Below are positions 14,457 to 28,032 of a stretch of DNA of 64,000 nucleotides, in pieces. The translations under genes and the position numbers were made by a program. Every line of letters starts with the position of its first letter. The first letter of the stretch is position 1. Below the pieces are notes generated by a model, which was given only the letters and a program-made list of their open reading frames with translations, had not been told where the DNA came from and did no database searches. Origin of the DNA: Octopus vulgaris. Lineage: Eukaryota. The DNA is taken from NCBI GenBank assembly GCA_951406725.2, contig OX597814.1, forward strand, positions 205,778,001-205,842,000. The letters run 5' to 3'.

Positions 14457-16074
14457 ATGGCTGCCATGCAGACGACAACAAGAGCAACCAGTTCTCTTAT
14501 TCTTTCAATCATTCTTATTATCACACTGACATCACTAAACATCGATGCGAAGGAACTCGGCAATGATTGTGAAGTTAAAATCCCTCCCAATATCGGTGAG
14601 ATTTTATCTCGTTTAGTGAAATTAGAAAAAGAGGTTTTCAATTTTGAAATCCATTTATTAAACAAGACACTTGATGAACTTCTTAATCCTTTTTTTGCCA
14701 CACGAATCCGAGTGGATCAATGGAAAACATAATATTTACACATTCTCTCATTTTCTGTCTTGGGTATTTTGTTTCCACAATTCCTCTTTCTTTGCCTCAA
14801 GACTAAGAAGATTCCTTTGTATTCTATTTTCTCTTTCAGTAATCTTTCTGGATCTTTTGATGCATTACTTCTTTTTATATGAAACAGTAGAAATTCTTTA
14901 CCAAGATGGTATACCATTGGGCTATCGCGCCCTAATATTAGGAATAACAGAAAGTTATGACAATACAGATGGCTTCATGGGGGGTCCGTTTTTGTGGTTC
15001 ACGGTCTACATATTTTTCAGCTTTATTCTCTTTGTTCTTCCCAGTCGAACAAGTGAGACTATCGCTTATAATACATTACATCAAAGATCCACTTTCACGT
15101 TTCTCATTCAAAATAAGAGATTATTACAGAAGTATGGCAGTTTAAATGTTTCTACACTACAGGATTATGATCTACTCTATGCAATAATGAAAGCTAATAT
15201 TTCTACTGCTTTAAACCCAAATTTCTGGTATTTAATAATTTATACTTGGATTAATCGTATAAAGAAAATTTGGTTATATTACTACAGGAGAAATATTTTC
15301 TGGCGATTCATTGCGCTTTGGCTCTTTATTTCCATTACAATTTTATTTGCTGTATTTTCTGTCTGTGAATTATTTCTGTGCCTCGTTTATTATGGAATCC
15401 CAATTGTTTATCTGATTTTAACTTTACCATTAAGTTATTTCAGAGTTTATATTTACCCCCTGTATTTGAATCCTAACTATATTTTCAAGATTATTGCTTT
15501 CATTTTAACATTCATATCGTTTCTATGTTTTATAATATGGGGAATTTATTTAATCTTTATATTTCTTACAAGTTTTCAAATCCTCTGCATGTATATATTT
15601 TCTTCAGCTATTGCAATACTTGCTAAGCCTGATACTGTTGGTGATATATGGTTTGTTTCCATGTTTCTTCTCTATGGTATTGAAATTATAAAAGCTATTC
15701 AGAGACGGTATGAGTTTATTCTACTCGAAGCCATAAAGCTCACCAAAATTCTTCGTCCAAATTTAGTTCAGTCAAAATATGGGGAAGAATTCATAAACGC
15801 CAAGTTGTTCAAGACAATTGTTAACCATAATTTTCCTTTGAGAAACGAGATTGGTAAATCCATTGTAAAATTGTTTCTAATCATATATTTTTTCTTTGTT
15901 TGCAAAAATATATTAAATCAAAGTGAATTCGACTTTTCAACATTCACAAAGATTATTTTGATACTGGTGACGTCTGGCATGCCTAAGTTATTGTCTACAA
16001 TAAATACGAATCTTAGGTTAACAATAACCATATTAGATAAAATTATCCAAACAATAAACGTATTTGAAGAATAA
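14457..16074 (+). pseudogene. Paralog 1 of the uncharacterised multi-pass membrane protein; ~609-bp internal deletion and +1 frameshift at a T7 run
   Basis: Aligns to 39502-41724 but jumps from NP (aatcct, 14690) to LPHESEW; splice acceptor ttttacag ends at 14446. Confidence 0.8.
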
Positions 16075-16175
16075 AATATATCACGGAGAAGTTTATCAAG
16101 TTATTTGATATTCTCGATGAAATCAAAACATGTTCCAGGTTTTTATGGATTCTTAACTACATTGTATAACATCAA

Positions 16176-16225
<50 letters not shown>

Positions 16226-16291
16226 ACATCATCATCATCATCCTCCTCCTCCTCCTCCTCCTCATCATCATCATCATCATCGTCGTCGTCG

Positions 16292-16327
<36 letters not shown>

Positions 16328-16351
16328 ACAACAACAACAACAACAACAATA

Positions 16352-16606
16352 GTTGTGGTTAATGAAAAGATTAGGCATGATACTCTCCGTAATTGTTGCC
16401 CTTGAAAGCATCAGCAATCAACTACCAAAAGATTGGTGCTGCAAGTGTGAAGGTAGAACACCTACAAAAGTCAACATTGATTGGAACTGCAAGAATCCTT
16501 CGCAGGGTTCTTGAAGCATGACCAGTAAAAACGTGTCGTCTTAGTCTGCTGGCTTTGGACAGCCGATACTTTCCATCATACCCAGCAAAATATGCTGTGA
16601 ATTTTC

Positions 16607-16607
<1 letters not shown>
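16352..16607 (+). mobile_element. Dong/R4 3'-end fragment
   Basis: Encodes EHLQKSTLIGTARILRRVLEA*, then a 3' UTR and (AAT)n. Confidence 0.7.
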
Positions 16608-16679
<72 letters not shown>

Positions 16680-16745
16680 AATAACGATAATAATGATAAT
16701 AATGATAACAATGATGATGATGTTCATAATAATAATAATAATAAT

Positions 16746-16789
<44 letters not shown>

Positions 16790-16940
16790 TGATGATGATG
16801 ATGATGATATTACTACTACTACTAATAATAATGATAACAATGATGATGATGATGATGATGATGATAATACTACTACTAATAATAATAATGATAACAATGA
16901 TGATGATGATGATGATAATACTAATACTACTACAACTAAT

Positions 16941-17005
<65 letters not shown>

Positions 17006-17267
17006 TAATAATAACGATAATAATGATAATAATGATAACAATGATGATGATGTTGATAAAAATAATAATAATAATATTAATAATAATAATAATAATAATA
17101 ATAATGATGATGATGATGATGATGATGATGCTGATGATACTACTACTAATAATAATGATAACAATGATGATGATGATGATGATGATGATAATACTACTAC
17201 TACTAATAATAATGATAACAATGATGATGATGATGATGATGATAATACTAATACTACTACAACTAAT

Positions 17268-17311
<44 letters not shown>

Positions 17312-17381
17312 TAATAATAACGATAATAATGATAATAATGATAACAATGATGATGATATTGATAATAATAATAATAATAAT

Positions 17382-17476
<95 letters not shown>

Positions 17477-17566
17477 TGATGATGATGATGATGATGATAC
17501 TACTACTAATAATAATGATAACAATGATGATGATGATGATAATGATAATACTACTACTACTACAAC

Positions 17567-17627
<61 letters not shown>
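16608..17627. repeat. Compound AAT/GAT/ACT trinucleotide array with higher-order repeat
   Basis: Marker ataacgataataatgataataatgataacaatgat recurs at ~16681, ~17011 and ~17317. Confidence 0.9.
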
Positions 17628-17630
<3 letters not shown>

Positions 17631-19893
17631 GAATAACGAAACCAACCTTCCAAAAAACTATCGGCCTATAACCTGTCTATCCACCACGTATAAAATCCTA
17701 ACATCTATCCTGGCGGAGAAAACATATGCATTCATGGAGAAAAACCATATTTTCCCCATTGAACAAAAAGGGTGCCGCCGAGGCTCTTACGGATGCAAAG
17801 ATCAACTGCTAATCAATCGTATGATCCTTGAGAACTGTCACAACAAGCGCAGAAATCTCAGCACCGCATGGATTGACTACAAAAAGGCCTTCGACAGTAT
17901 ACCGCATCCATGGATCTTGAGATCGTTGGACATCTTCAAAATTTCCCCTGTGATTTCAAACTTCCTGAAGCACAATATGTCGTTGTGGAATACGAATCTC
18001 CAATTATACCACTCTAATGGAGTACTTGTCTCAGAAAATATAAACATCAACTGTGGAATTTTTCAAGGTGACTCACTTTCACCTTTAATATTCTGCATAG
18101 CCCTAATACCCCTTACAAGTGAATTAAACAGAACAGGGTATGGGTATAAAATTGCCAATAAAAAAATAAGCCATCTATTTTATATGGATGACTTAAAACT
18201 TTATGGTAAAGACAATAATGAACTTGAAGGCCTATTGCGCACCGTGAAAGCATTCAGCGATGACATCGGGATGGAGTTTGGACTTGAGAAGTGTGCCAAG
18301 GCCACTTTCCAGAAAGGGAAAGTGAAGACCACAAATTCAGTCGTATTAGATGTTGACACAGTCATAAGAGAGCTTGAGCAAGAACAAACATACAAATATT
18401 TAGGGATAAATGAAGGCTCTGGTATTCAGCATGCAAGCATGAAAGAGAAAATCAGGAAGGAATGTTATAGGAGAGTTCGTGCAGTCCTGAAATCTGAACT
18501 AAATGCACGTAACAAGGTGTTAGCTATAAATTCCTTAGCAGTTCCAGTTGTTACTTATAGCTACAATGTGTTGAACTGGAATATAGATAGGAAAATACGC
18601 AAGCTGCTGAGTTGTAATAGGATGCACCACCCAAAGGCAGACGTAGATCGCCTTTACCTTCCCAGAGCCCAAGGAGGTCGAGGCCTGATCCAATTTGAAA
18701 TAGCTTACAAAACAACAACAATTGGACTGGCCAAATATCTCGAAATATCGAATGACTGGATGCTAAATCTCGTGGAAAATCACGAGAGACGAAAGAAGCT
18801 TCATTCTATCATAAAAGAAAGCAAAAAATCTGCTATTGATCTCGTGCAGGATACCCAAACTGAACAACCCGAGGGAAGTACGGCAACTATTGTTGCAAAG
18901 AAGGTGAAAATGATGGCAACGAAAAAAGCGCACGAGCAATTGGCTGATAGGTGGGAGGAGAAACCTCGGCACGGCAAATATGTGACCCGCAGCAAACAAG
19001 CTGATGTTGACCAGAAGCAAACCCATCAGTGGCTACGGAGCTCAGGGCTAAAAGCAGAGAGCGAAGGTTTCATCCTGGCTCTGCTCAAGACCAAAGCCTA
19101 TTAACCCGGAACTACCAGGCCAATGTGATGAAAAATGGAGCAGACCCAAAATGCCGATTCTGCAACGACATGATTGAAACAGTGGACCACCTAATCTCTG
19201 GATGTAAAGTCTTAGCACCAGTGGAGTATAAATTAAGACATGACAGAGTTGGCCAATATCTCCACTGGCTAATAAGTCGGCATTACAATATCAAAACTGC
19301 CGACAAGTGGTATAATCACCACCCTGAGGCTGTAACTGAAGGAGAAAATGTAACCATTCTGTGGGACTTTCCAGTACATACAGACCGAACCATCAAGGCC
19401 AATAAACCAGATATTGTTGTGAAAGACCAAAACAATAAAGTTTGCTTATTGATCGACATGAGCATCCCCTGTGATCATAATATCTCAGCGAAAGAGTTTG
19501 ACAAGCTCAGAAAATATAAAGACCTACTCATTGAAATTGAGAAAATGTGGCATCTCAAGGCGGTTACAATACCAGTGATCGTAGGAGCGCTAGGAATGAT
19601 CAAGAAGGGAACCGAAAATTATATGAGAATGATCCCTGGCTTACCATCCCTGCAAGAAGTGCAAAAGATTGTCTTAACTGGTACATCACACGTATTGAGA
19701 AGAGCATTGTCGATGTGAGAACTGTTGCTGCTCATGTATTTTAATTTAACTTTAAAAAAATATTAAAAAAAAATGAACGAACTACTGAGTTTGGTTTAAT
19801 GGCCTACCAATGTATACTATGAGTTTCTTTGCCCTAGGAGTCGGGAAGACACTCGGCAAGAAATGGAAGCAAATTTGAAAGAAGAAAAAAAAA
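17628..19893 (+). mobile_element. 5'-truncated Dong/R4-clade non-LTR retrotransposon inserted in (TAA)n
   Basis: NYRPITCL, EQKG, WIDYKKAFDS, GIFQGDSLSP, YMDD, CRFC..HLISGC, RHD, KPDIV, IPVIVGALG. One frameshift near 19080; stop at 19718; AAT arrays on both sides. Confidence 0.93.
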
Positions 19894-19894
19894 G

Positions 19895-19928
<34 letters not shown>

Positions 19929-20015
19929 AATAATGATAATAATAATGATGATGATGATGATGATGATGATGTTGATGATGATGATGATGATGTTGATAAT
20001 AATAATAATAATAAT

Positions 20016-20059
<44 letters not shown>

Positions 20060-20146
20060 TGATGATGATGATGATGATACTACTACTACTAATAATAATA
20101 GTATTAATAATAATTATTATAACAATGATGATGATGATGATAATAC

Positions 20147-20189
<43 letters not shown>

Positions 20190-20266
20190 TAATAATGATG
20201 ATGATGATGATGATACTAATAATAATAATAATAATAATGATAACAATGATGATGATGATGGTGATG

Positions 20267-20312
<46 letters not shown>
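19894..20312. repeat. Compound AAT/GAT array (continuation of 16608-17627)
   Basis: Same variant units as the array on the other side of the Dong element. Confidence 0.9.
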
Positions 20313-20315
<3 letters not shown>

Positions 20316-20850
20316 CAAAAACTGAACTCGACCCCCAAATTCCCATCGAAGCCATTGACACCCCGGCACTTCCGATAATCCAATACAGTTTTAACATCAT
20401 TAACTGGAATCTTAGCGGGTTCCAACACCTGGATAGTAAAACAAGAAAACTACTAACTTCTTAAGAACATGCACCACCCAAAAGTAGACGTTGATTGTCT
20501 GCTTTACCTACATAGAAGTAATGGGGGGAAGAGGATTGATGCAGGTAGATCTGTGCTGTATGACACCTCCTCAATAGCAATGCACAAATAGTTATCTCGT
20601 ACAGAGGACTGGATGCTGTGGTTTGTGTGCAAAGACGAAAGCAGCAAAAATCACATTCCATTGCGAAGGAAGCTTGTAAATTCGCAAGGGAACTCGACAT
20701 TAACCCTGAATTAAATGAAGAACTGGAAACCACTGCCACCAAACAAAACGGATCAAAGAAACAGCAAAAAAGAACGGGCAGAAACAAATTGAAGAGAGGT
20801 GGTGCCAGAAGCCTCTGCATGGACAATATAAATTGGATTGAACGTGTGAC
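20313..20850 (+). mobile_element. Decayed Dong/R4 fragment
   Basis: Encodes QYSFNIINWN..LDSKTRKLLT, MHHPK.DVD and GRGL, homologous to ~18490-18900. Confidence 0.7.
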
Positions 20851-20993
20851 ACATCCATTTCCAAGTAAGTTTATCTTTACCTTTTTCATGCAATTCTCTA
20901 TTCTATACTGTTTTCTTCCTTCATCCTTCTCTAATTCCCTTTTTCTCCACTTCCCAGTTTTCTACCTCTCTCTCCCCTTTCTTTCTCTTTTTA

Positions 20994-21030
<37 letters not shown>

Positions 21031-21528
21031 GTTGCTTACACGTGATTATCACCCATCTTTCTTTTCTTGCACAGACGTTTAAACGAACGGACGTGATTTT
21101 TTCTCTCTCATCTATCTTTTCTCTTTTCAAAAGTGTTTGTCCCAGCGTTCACTATTTTCCTCCCGTTCCGGTCTAACGACTCTCCATGCTTGTTTTCGTT
21201 CGGTTTCCTTGTATGTCTCCACTGTCATTTTATTGTTCCCAACTTTGACCTTCAATAAATCCCAAATTTTATTTTAGAATTTATGGGAGCAGCTGTCTTT
21301 GAAGACTCATAGTGTCGTTGAATACTCCAAATGAGGAGTAGATAGACAGCCAACCGATTAAGGGTCCTTTCTCTCTGTTAACGTATCCTGTTTTCAATTA
21401 TTTCCTCGTTGTTTACACATTTCACTCGTCTTTCCCGAATTTGTTTGCGTATTTCATGTTATTTGCATTGTTGGTGACGTCCTGTACCCATATATGCATG
21501 TAAATATATATCTATATATTATTTATTT

Positions 21529-21617
<89 letters not shown>

Positions 21618-21754
21618 ATAATATATAACTAGAGCATAGCCCGGCGTTGCCCGGGTATGTAAGAGCCCCTAGTAGGCAACGACTAATCCCAATCTAGTCC
21701 TTTCCCTCTAAGGAACGAAGGCGCATGTGTAGGTTGCAATGTCTTCTCTACACT

Positions 21755-24700
21755 CGAATACTTCTGTGTATATGATGTTCCTAGCTGTCTACTTGGAAGG
21801 AGAGTTTCTTGGAGTGGTAGATGATCCTCGGTCACATTCCGTATATTTTGATAATATATTCACAAAGTATGATCTGTTAGTGCACCTCGGGCAAATGGGA
21901 TTTGATGCAACCGGTACGAGAGATAATTGTCTCAAGAGATGTCATCTAAAGGAAAGAGCATTGATGAGAAAGGAGCCAAGACGTTCATATGATTATAGAT
22001 TTGAAATCAATAATGAAATCTTTGTAGTTAGTTGGCTTGACACTAAATCTATAGATATGTCCTATCTATAGATTTACAGGCGTGGACATCACCAGGAATA
22101 GCTTCAAGTAGCTGGATATTGATGGAGTTGACAGTTGTATTTTTGGGTGCGAGAACAGCTCTGCCTGCCAGCCATTTTAGGTCACGTAAATTGTTTTGTA
22201 GGTCGTGGAAGACAGCATCCCGGAGGCTAGCAGGGGTGTCGACAGTGGTGCAAAGTGAGTCCAATTGAACACAGTCATCCTCATCAGCCGGCATCCTATT
22301 TTCACCGAGCGATAAAAGGTCCCTGGAGAATGCAGCGGATCCGCTGTCACCAATCAACTGCGCGTGCATGTTAGTTTGGAGGTGCAAGGGCCGCACATGT
22401 GCCCAAAGAGCTGACGACTTAAGGCACTCGCGCACGGCATCGGCACGGGTTCCTTTTGGAATAATAGGTAGAATCTGCCTGAAGTTTCCTGAAAGAAGTA
22501 AAGTCAATCCTCCCATGGGGGCCGTAGAGTCTCTGATATCTTGCAGGGACCTGTCCAGTGCCTCAAGGGCGCCTTTGTGTGCCATAGTGCACTCGTCCCA
22601 TACGATGAGTTTGCATATGCGCAGAATGTCGGCCTATTCTGAGTTCTTGGCGATGTTGCAGAGAGGTGACTCGGACTTTGCCAGATCGAGCGGGAGTCTG
22701 AAGGCAGAGTGGGCGGTTCTGCCACCCGGAAGCAACGTGGCCGCGATACCAGAGGAAGCTACAGCCAGGACAATGTCCGTGTTGCGTCTGACCTCCGTCA
22801 GAATTAGTTTCGTGACGAAGGTTTTGCCAGTGCCGCCAGGTGCGTCAAGGAAGTAAATCCCCCCACGTTGCTGTCTGACAGAGTCTACGATGGTGTTGTA
22901 GGCTTTACGCTGGTCTGGAAGCAGTCGTGGTTCATTATCTTGGACGTACTGGTGCAGTTCCTCAATGCAGTAGGAAGTTTCGCGTAACAATTCAGCAGAC
23001 ATAACATTGGCGTGTTCACGTGTGGGTGGTGGAAGGCCGTACTCCGTTAAAGCAGAGCCACCCATATCGATGACAGCGTCTTCGAGTTGAATAAGCGCAA
23101 AATTGTAAATGAAGTTGGTGAACGTGATCTCGACGGAACGGCAGTGTTGCTGAGCCGTACGTAAGAAGTCCTGTGACATGTCATCCCTGTATTTCATCCA
23201 GAGACTTAGTGGGTCACTAAGCTGACGTTTTTGAAGAAGGCGTTTGCAGTAAAGCGCCCTCTGTCATAGTGGCGTCCCACTGGGAGTAATCCTCTAGAAG
23301 GCCAAGTCTCATACACGCTTCCCTGAAGGTGTCACACAGAACCCCATTGACGGTACGTATATTGCCGAAACCTGTTGGACCAGTGACCTCATGTAGAAGG
23401 AGACGGAGGTAGAAGCATTCTTGCTGGTTTGGCGGGATGTTGTAAAGTCGACCCAGGCAGGAGTCAGGGAAGACTTCGACGTTTTTGCCGGATTTCCGTC
23501 GAACCCAGGTGTTGTTATACCACACGAAGTACGATGGGACCTGGGGGTACAAAAGCGTTCGAGCGAAGTCATCACGTTGGCATAATTTGAAGAAACCGGT
23601 CAACGTTGTGTCTTTAGAGTTAGTGGCTACCTGCGCAGCAGTTTGCTCTGTGAAGTAAATGCGCTGTCCATTTTCCAAGTGTACAGCAAGCTGCACCACA
23701 GCCGGGTGTCTCTGATGGAGCGGGAAGCCGTAAATGCACCAAAACGCTTCGTTGCTGCTGAGGTACCGGAATGCCAAGTAGTTGGACACTTCGTCGCAAC
23801 TGGTGTTCCTCTGGATGCTGAACATGGCAGCATCGCTGCCCTTGTTGATATATTTGCAGACATATTGTATTGACCTGATGGAGCTGCAGAACTCAACGTT
23901 GACGTGGGCTTTGAATATCTTCGACGGGAGAGGACAGTAGGGGACAATGTAGCTGTTGTCCACTTGATGTCGCCCAACCGTAATGGTGCGGCCTCCATTG
24001 GCTGGACTCCTTCGTTTGTACAGCGGAAACCCATCGCCGCCTGTTTGAGTCTCCAAAGTGAACCGTTTAGGGAATCCCTTTGAGCAGGCTAATCCGTTTT
24101 TGCAGCATGGTGTGTTGGCGTAATTTGGTCCACAGGGCCCGTGTACCATGGTAGTGCGGACAATTTCGTACACTTCGGGGTCCTCATCGGGGTAGGAATC
24201 TCGGCGGAAATGAATTTGTCAATGTCATTAGTCTCGATTTTATTAGTTAGATAAATTTAGATGTGAGCATGTGGCAAGCCCCTCTTTTGCCACTCGACTG
24301 AAAGCATGTGGCACCTGACATGCCCGAAAATCTGACCCTTAACTATCAAATCCATCATTTTGCCAAATTCAGACGGAAAACCCTAGCAACGATGGAGTTC
24401 GCGAGTGATTTCGTCGCAGTTGGGATTGCACGTGTAGGTGATAAAGAGGTCCGGCCGGCCGAAAATGCGCACGTAGGTCAAGGCGTCTTGGGTCCTTTCA
24501 CGCATATATCGCGGTCCTCCTGTGAAGGTGGAGGGTAGAATGCATGGCTTGCCGATGTTGCGAGGGTCATTTTCTTGTTGCAAGCCGTCACGGAGATGAA
24601 TGTAGGAGTCGGAGCGAAGTTTGGTCTGATTAAGTTTAATGTATAGCAGCCTTTCCGATTCCACTTTGGCGGCCATGTCGACGGCGAACTGGTAGAATAG

Positions 24701-26353
24701 CTGACGACAACGGGGCAATAAGTTGAACTCACCCTCCCTGATCATGAACTGGTATGAGTAGAACGCCCTGCAGGAAACCGTCTTTGACGCCACAGTAGTT
24801 TGATTGGAGGGCTGCCATAAAGGAATTCCGAAGTGGTAGCCGTCTTCCCTATAAGGGAAAAGCAACGGGTACTGAAGCGCGTCATAAGATCTGTGAGTCT
24901 CGCTGATCCTGCGTAGGCTGTTACCACGGGAGGAGATGATTATGTCACGGCTGTTGTGTTGCTCTCCGTGTATGACTGCGGCAATTTCGTTGCACGCAGG
25001 TGCGTTGAAACAGCGTTCGTGCTCCCCGTGGGGTCGTTTATCAGCATCAATGACAACGTTGAAGTTTGGAGACGGAGCACTGTCCAAGGCATACCTGAAG
25101 CTGCAGACATAGCTGTTGACATCATGAAGCATGGTTTGGAGACGGAGAAGAACGTCTTTGCGGGGAACATAGCATGTACCCGGTATTATTCCAAGGCGTG
25201 CATCAACCTGCTGGTTGTAGTCGGCAATGAAGTAGATTTGGAGGAAAGAAGACTGCTGAATCTCGTCTGGCAGAAGTGACCCAATAAGATGGTAGACCTG
25301 TCCCTGCACTTTGAAAGTAGGCATCCAGCCTTCCTTAGAAGGAATTTTGGCCCCGAAAGAGGTCATTTGGAATGAGCAGTTGTACTTTCGAATGATTTCA
25401 AGGAATTGTGACGATTCGGGGGTTAAACCCGCCGCGAGATCCTTCAGTTGTTGAGGTGGTTCCCGTAGGGGTGGCAGGTCCACTTTGCCACCAGAGCAGC
25501 ACAAACCAGATGGCTCTCCGGGCCATTTCTTGGCTTTGCAAAACTGGCATACAATTGTCATTGACCCTATCTTGATGTTGTCACGCAAGGAGAAGTTAAT
25601 TGTGGCGTCGTAGTTGAATGCTAGTAACGACCAGAAAGCGGGGGCAGGGGTACGTACACCACGAATGATAACCCGACGCTGGTTGATACTCTCAAGTCGA
25701 GTGCGCCGTGCCTCAGCAGATTGAGATGCGCGTGCGACAGCGGTAGCAGTAGCATCCCTTGAAACCCTTTCAGCTCTCGCCTCAGCACCTTCTGAAGCCC
25801 TAGCAGAAGCAGTGTTAATGGCATCTCTGGATGTCCGAATAGTTCGTTGGTCTGGAGTTTCGGCAGATCGAGCCCTGGCTGTGTTTGCGGCGTTAGCAGC
25901 TTAGCGAGCTCTCCTCTGTTGAGGTATTTCGGCAGATCGGGCCATGGCTGTATTTGCGGCGTCAGCAGCTTGGTGAGTTCTCCTCTGCTGTGAGGTTTCG
26001 ACAGATCGTGTCCTGGCGGTGCTAGTGGCGTTAGCCGCATTCCGAATGGCCCTTTGTTCGGGGTTCTCGCGAGCTCTGCGGATGGAAGCACAGGAAGAAG
26101 CCCGCATGTTTTGTCTGGACTGTTGCTCTTTCGTCAACCTCGAGCGGAGGGAAGATCTGTACGCTGCGGCCCTTGCAAGTCGGGTAGGACGGTCGCTAGT
26201 AGTTTCAGATGCCTGAGCAGCGGCAGAACGGGAAGCTTTTTGCGAGAGGCGCAAGGCAGTTTCCTCGTGGGTCTCGCGTGCCCTTCTAGCCCTAACAGCC
26301 GATGCCTTGGCCGTCCGAGGGCTGAGGAGTGTCTTTCTCTTCTTGGGTGGCAT
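21755..26353 (-). pseudogene. Helitron Rep/PIF1 helicase (stops, frameshifts, helicase C-half deleted)
   Basis: MPPKKRK start; STPR-like R..ET.EQ..R repeats; CQFC..CC; Rep motifs DLFITYTCNP, VEWQKRGLPHAHI, YVCKYINKG; helicase motifs LDAPGGTGKT, VASSGIAA, GRTAHS, SGNFRQILP; terminal RNIIYTEVF. Confidence 0.9.
21791..22048 (+). repeat. 258-bp inverted copy of piggyBac segment 11056-11313 inside the Helitron
   Basis: Near-identical reverse complement; only about four substitutions seen by eye. Confidence 0.92.
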
Positions 26354-26475
26354 TTTGGTGGATAGCAATGTGTTTGGCAAAGGTGTAATAAAAAGGAACA
26401 CGTGGGGTAAGTATTTTGGTGGATAGCAATGTGTTTGGCAAAGGTGTAATAAAAAGGAACACGTGGGGTAAGTAT
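26352..26475. repeat. 61-bp direct tandem duplication just upstream of the Helitron start codon
   Basis: attttggtggatagcaatg...cacgtggggtaagt occurs twice. Confidence 0.9.
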
Positions 26476-27659
26476 CCCAAAATGTATAAAAATGTATAAA
26501 AACGCCAAAAAAGCGGGCAGCAATGTGAGTGACAACAACGAAAAAGTCAAAAGTGACGAAACTGAACAAACGAATGGAAAAGGTTTTTTGGTGCACACGA
26601 CAAAAGCGGCTTATAATAAACCAAGAGTTTGCAAGTAGCGTCCGAGGACCCTTAGGGTACGTCAAAAATTTAAGGTAAAACGTTTGGGGTGGTAGTTATA
26701 AAGAAAGTTTAAACAAAAAAAGTAGTCGAATAACTTGCGGCTGCAGCAGCTATTAGCAGAAGTGGCGGTGTTGGGGGTAAAGTCTCGAATGTAATTTCTT
26801 CCTGGTAGGAATTGGTTGGGTTGAATTATCGATAGCTGTTTGATAGTTATTTGGGAGTTAAAAAGGTCGAGTTGCGTCCCCTAGACAGTCTGTGGTTTGT
26901 GTTTAATACACAAATCGGTTTGCTATGTGTGCCACATATGATTTAATTAACCGATTTTTTCAAGTAATAAAGTATCCTATTGAAATAAAAAGAGCCATAT
27001 AGCTCCTTGGAGCAGACATGATGCTCGCTGTGAATTAAAAAAAAATTCCTGCCAATTTGTGAAAGATATTGTCGAAAATATGTCATCTTGAATTTGAACG
27101 CGATTTCCCAAAATGGCATGATTTTATCGATTTTCTCTGATGGTGAGGTATTGCATGGAAAACTAACGCCAGAATTAAGTTTCTTAGGGTAACATTAAGC
27201 TTCACCATGAGTTTGGTGAAAATCGATTGCAAGTTGCGAAAACTACAACAGAAAATGTGTTGCATATAAAAAGCTTTGATTCTCGACCCCATGTCGAATT
27301 TATCGATGTTTTTCAGAAGTGGGGGAACTTTTCAGAATTTTCGCTGCGTTAGTTTTGAATTATGATATTGGGCTATATTTGTGTCGAGTTTCATCAGAAT
27401 CGGTTGAAAGCCGTGGTCAGGGTGAGGGTACAACCTGACAGACATACAGAGACACAGACAGACAAACTGCCGTTTATATATAGAGAGATATATAAAATAT
27501 TAGAAAAAACCCCACTTTTTATCAATTCAAAATGAATAATTAAATTACACCATCTAGAAAATTATATATAATAGAAAAGTTAAAATTAAAATAACAATTA
27601 AAAAGAAAAGATTTAGTAAATAACAAGAATAATATTATAATGTATATAATAGTTAGAAA

Positions 27660-27746
27660 AACGACACGTGTTTCGCTGCAATATTTAAGAAATGATTATA
27701 GTAGTAGAGAAATCACTTGTATATAAATATAGTCGCTCCTCAGGTT
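27660..27746 (-). ncRNA. Type I hammerhead ribozyme motif
   Basis: Minus strand reads aac-CTGAGGA-gc...gc-GAAA-C ACGT G-TC-gtt. Confidence 0.65.
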
Positions 27747-27813
27747 AAAAATATAATAGAACAGTAAAATAATTAATTAATAAATATACTTTAATATATA
27801 CTTTAATATATAC

Positions 27814-27875
<62 letters not shown>

Positions 27876-28032
27876 ATATATGAAAATTCTAAATATACAT
27901 AATTGAAAAATAAAATAATAAATCAATAATTAAATAAAAAACACAAAGTTATGACAAGTCATTTAATTGTAATCAAAATAATAAATGTTTCAAATATAGA
28001 CAAACTCCTTACATAAGCTAACCATATATATG

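Larger units (their letters stand above)
21629..27488 (-). mobile_element. Helitron with both termini; disrupted RepHel
   Basis: 5' TCTCTCTATATATAAA at 27488; 3' CTAG at 21629-21632 preceded by a cccgg/ccggg hairpin (21640-21655); inserted between A and T. Rep and PIF1-helicase motifs present. Confidence 0.95.

Noticed and set aside
16555-19104. 849-aa ORF as a real protein
   Set aside because: The first ~360 aa are translated AAT/GAT microsatellite; the rest is Dong RT.
22368-26365. Plus-strand and alternative-frame ORFs inside the Helitron
   Set aside because: Shadow ORFs of the GC-richer RepHel coding sequence, with no independent motifs.
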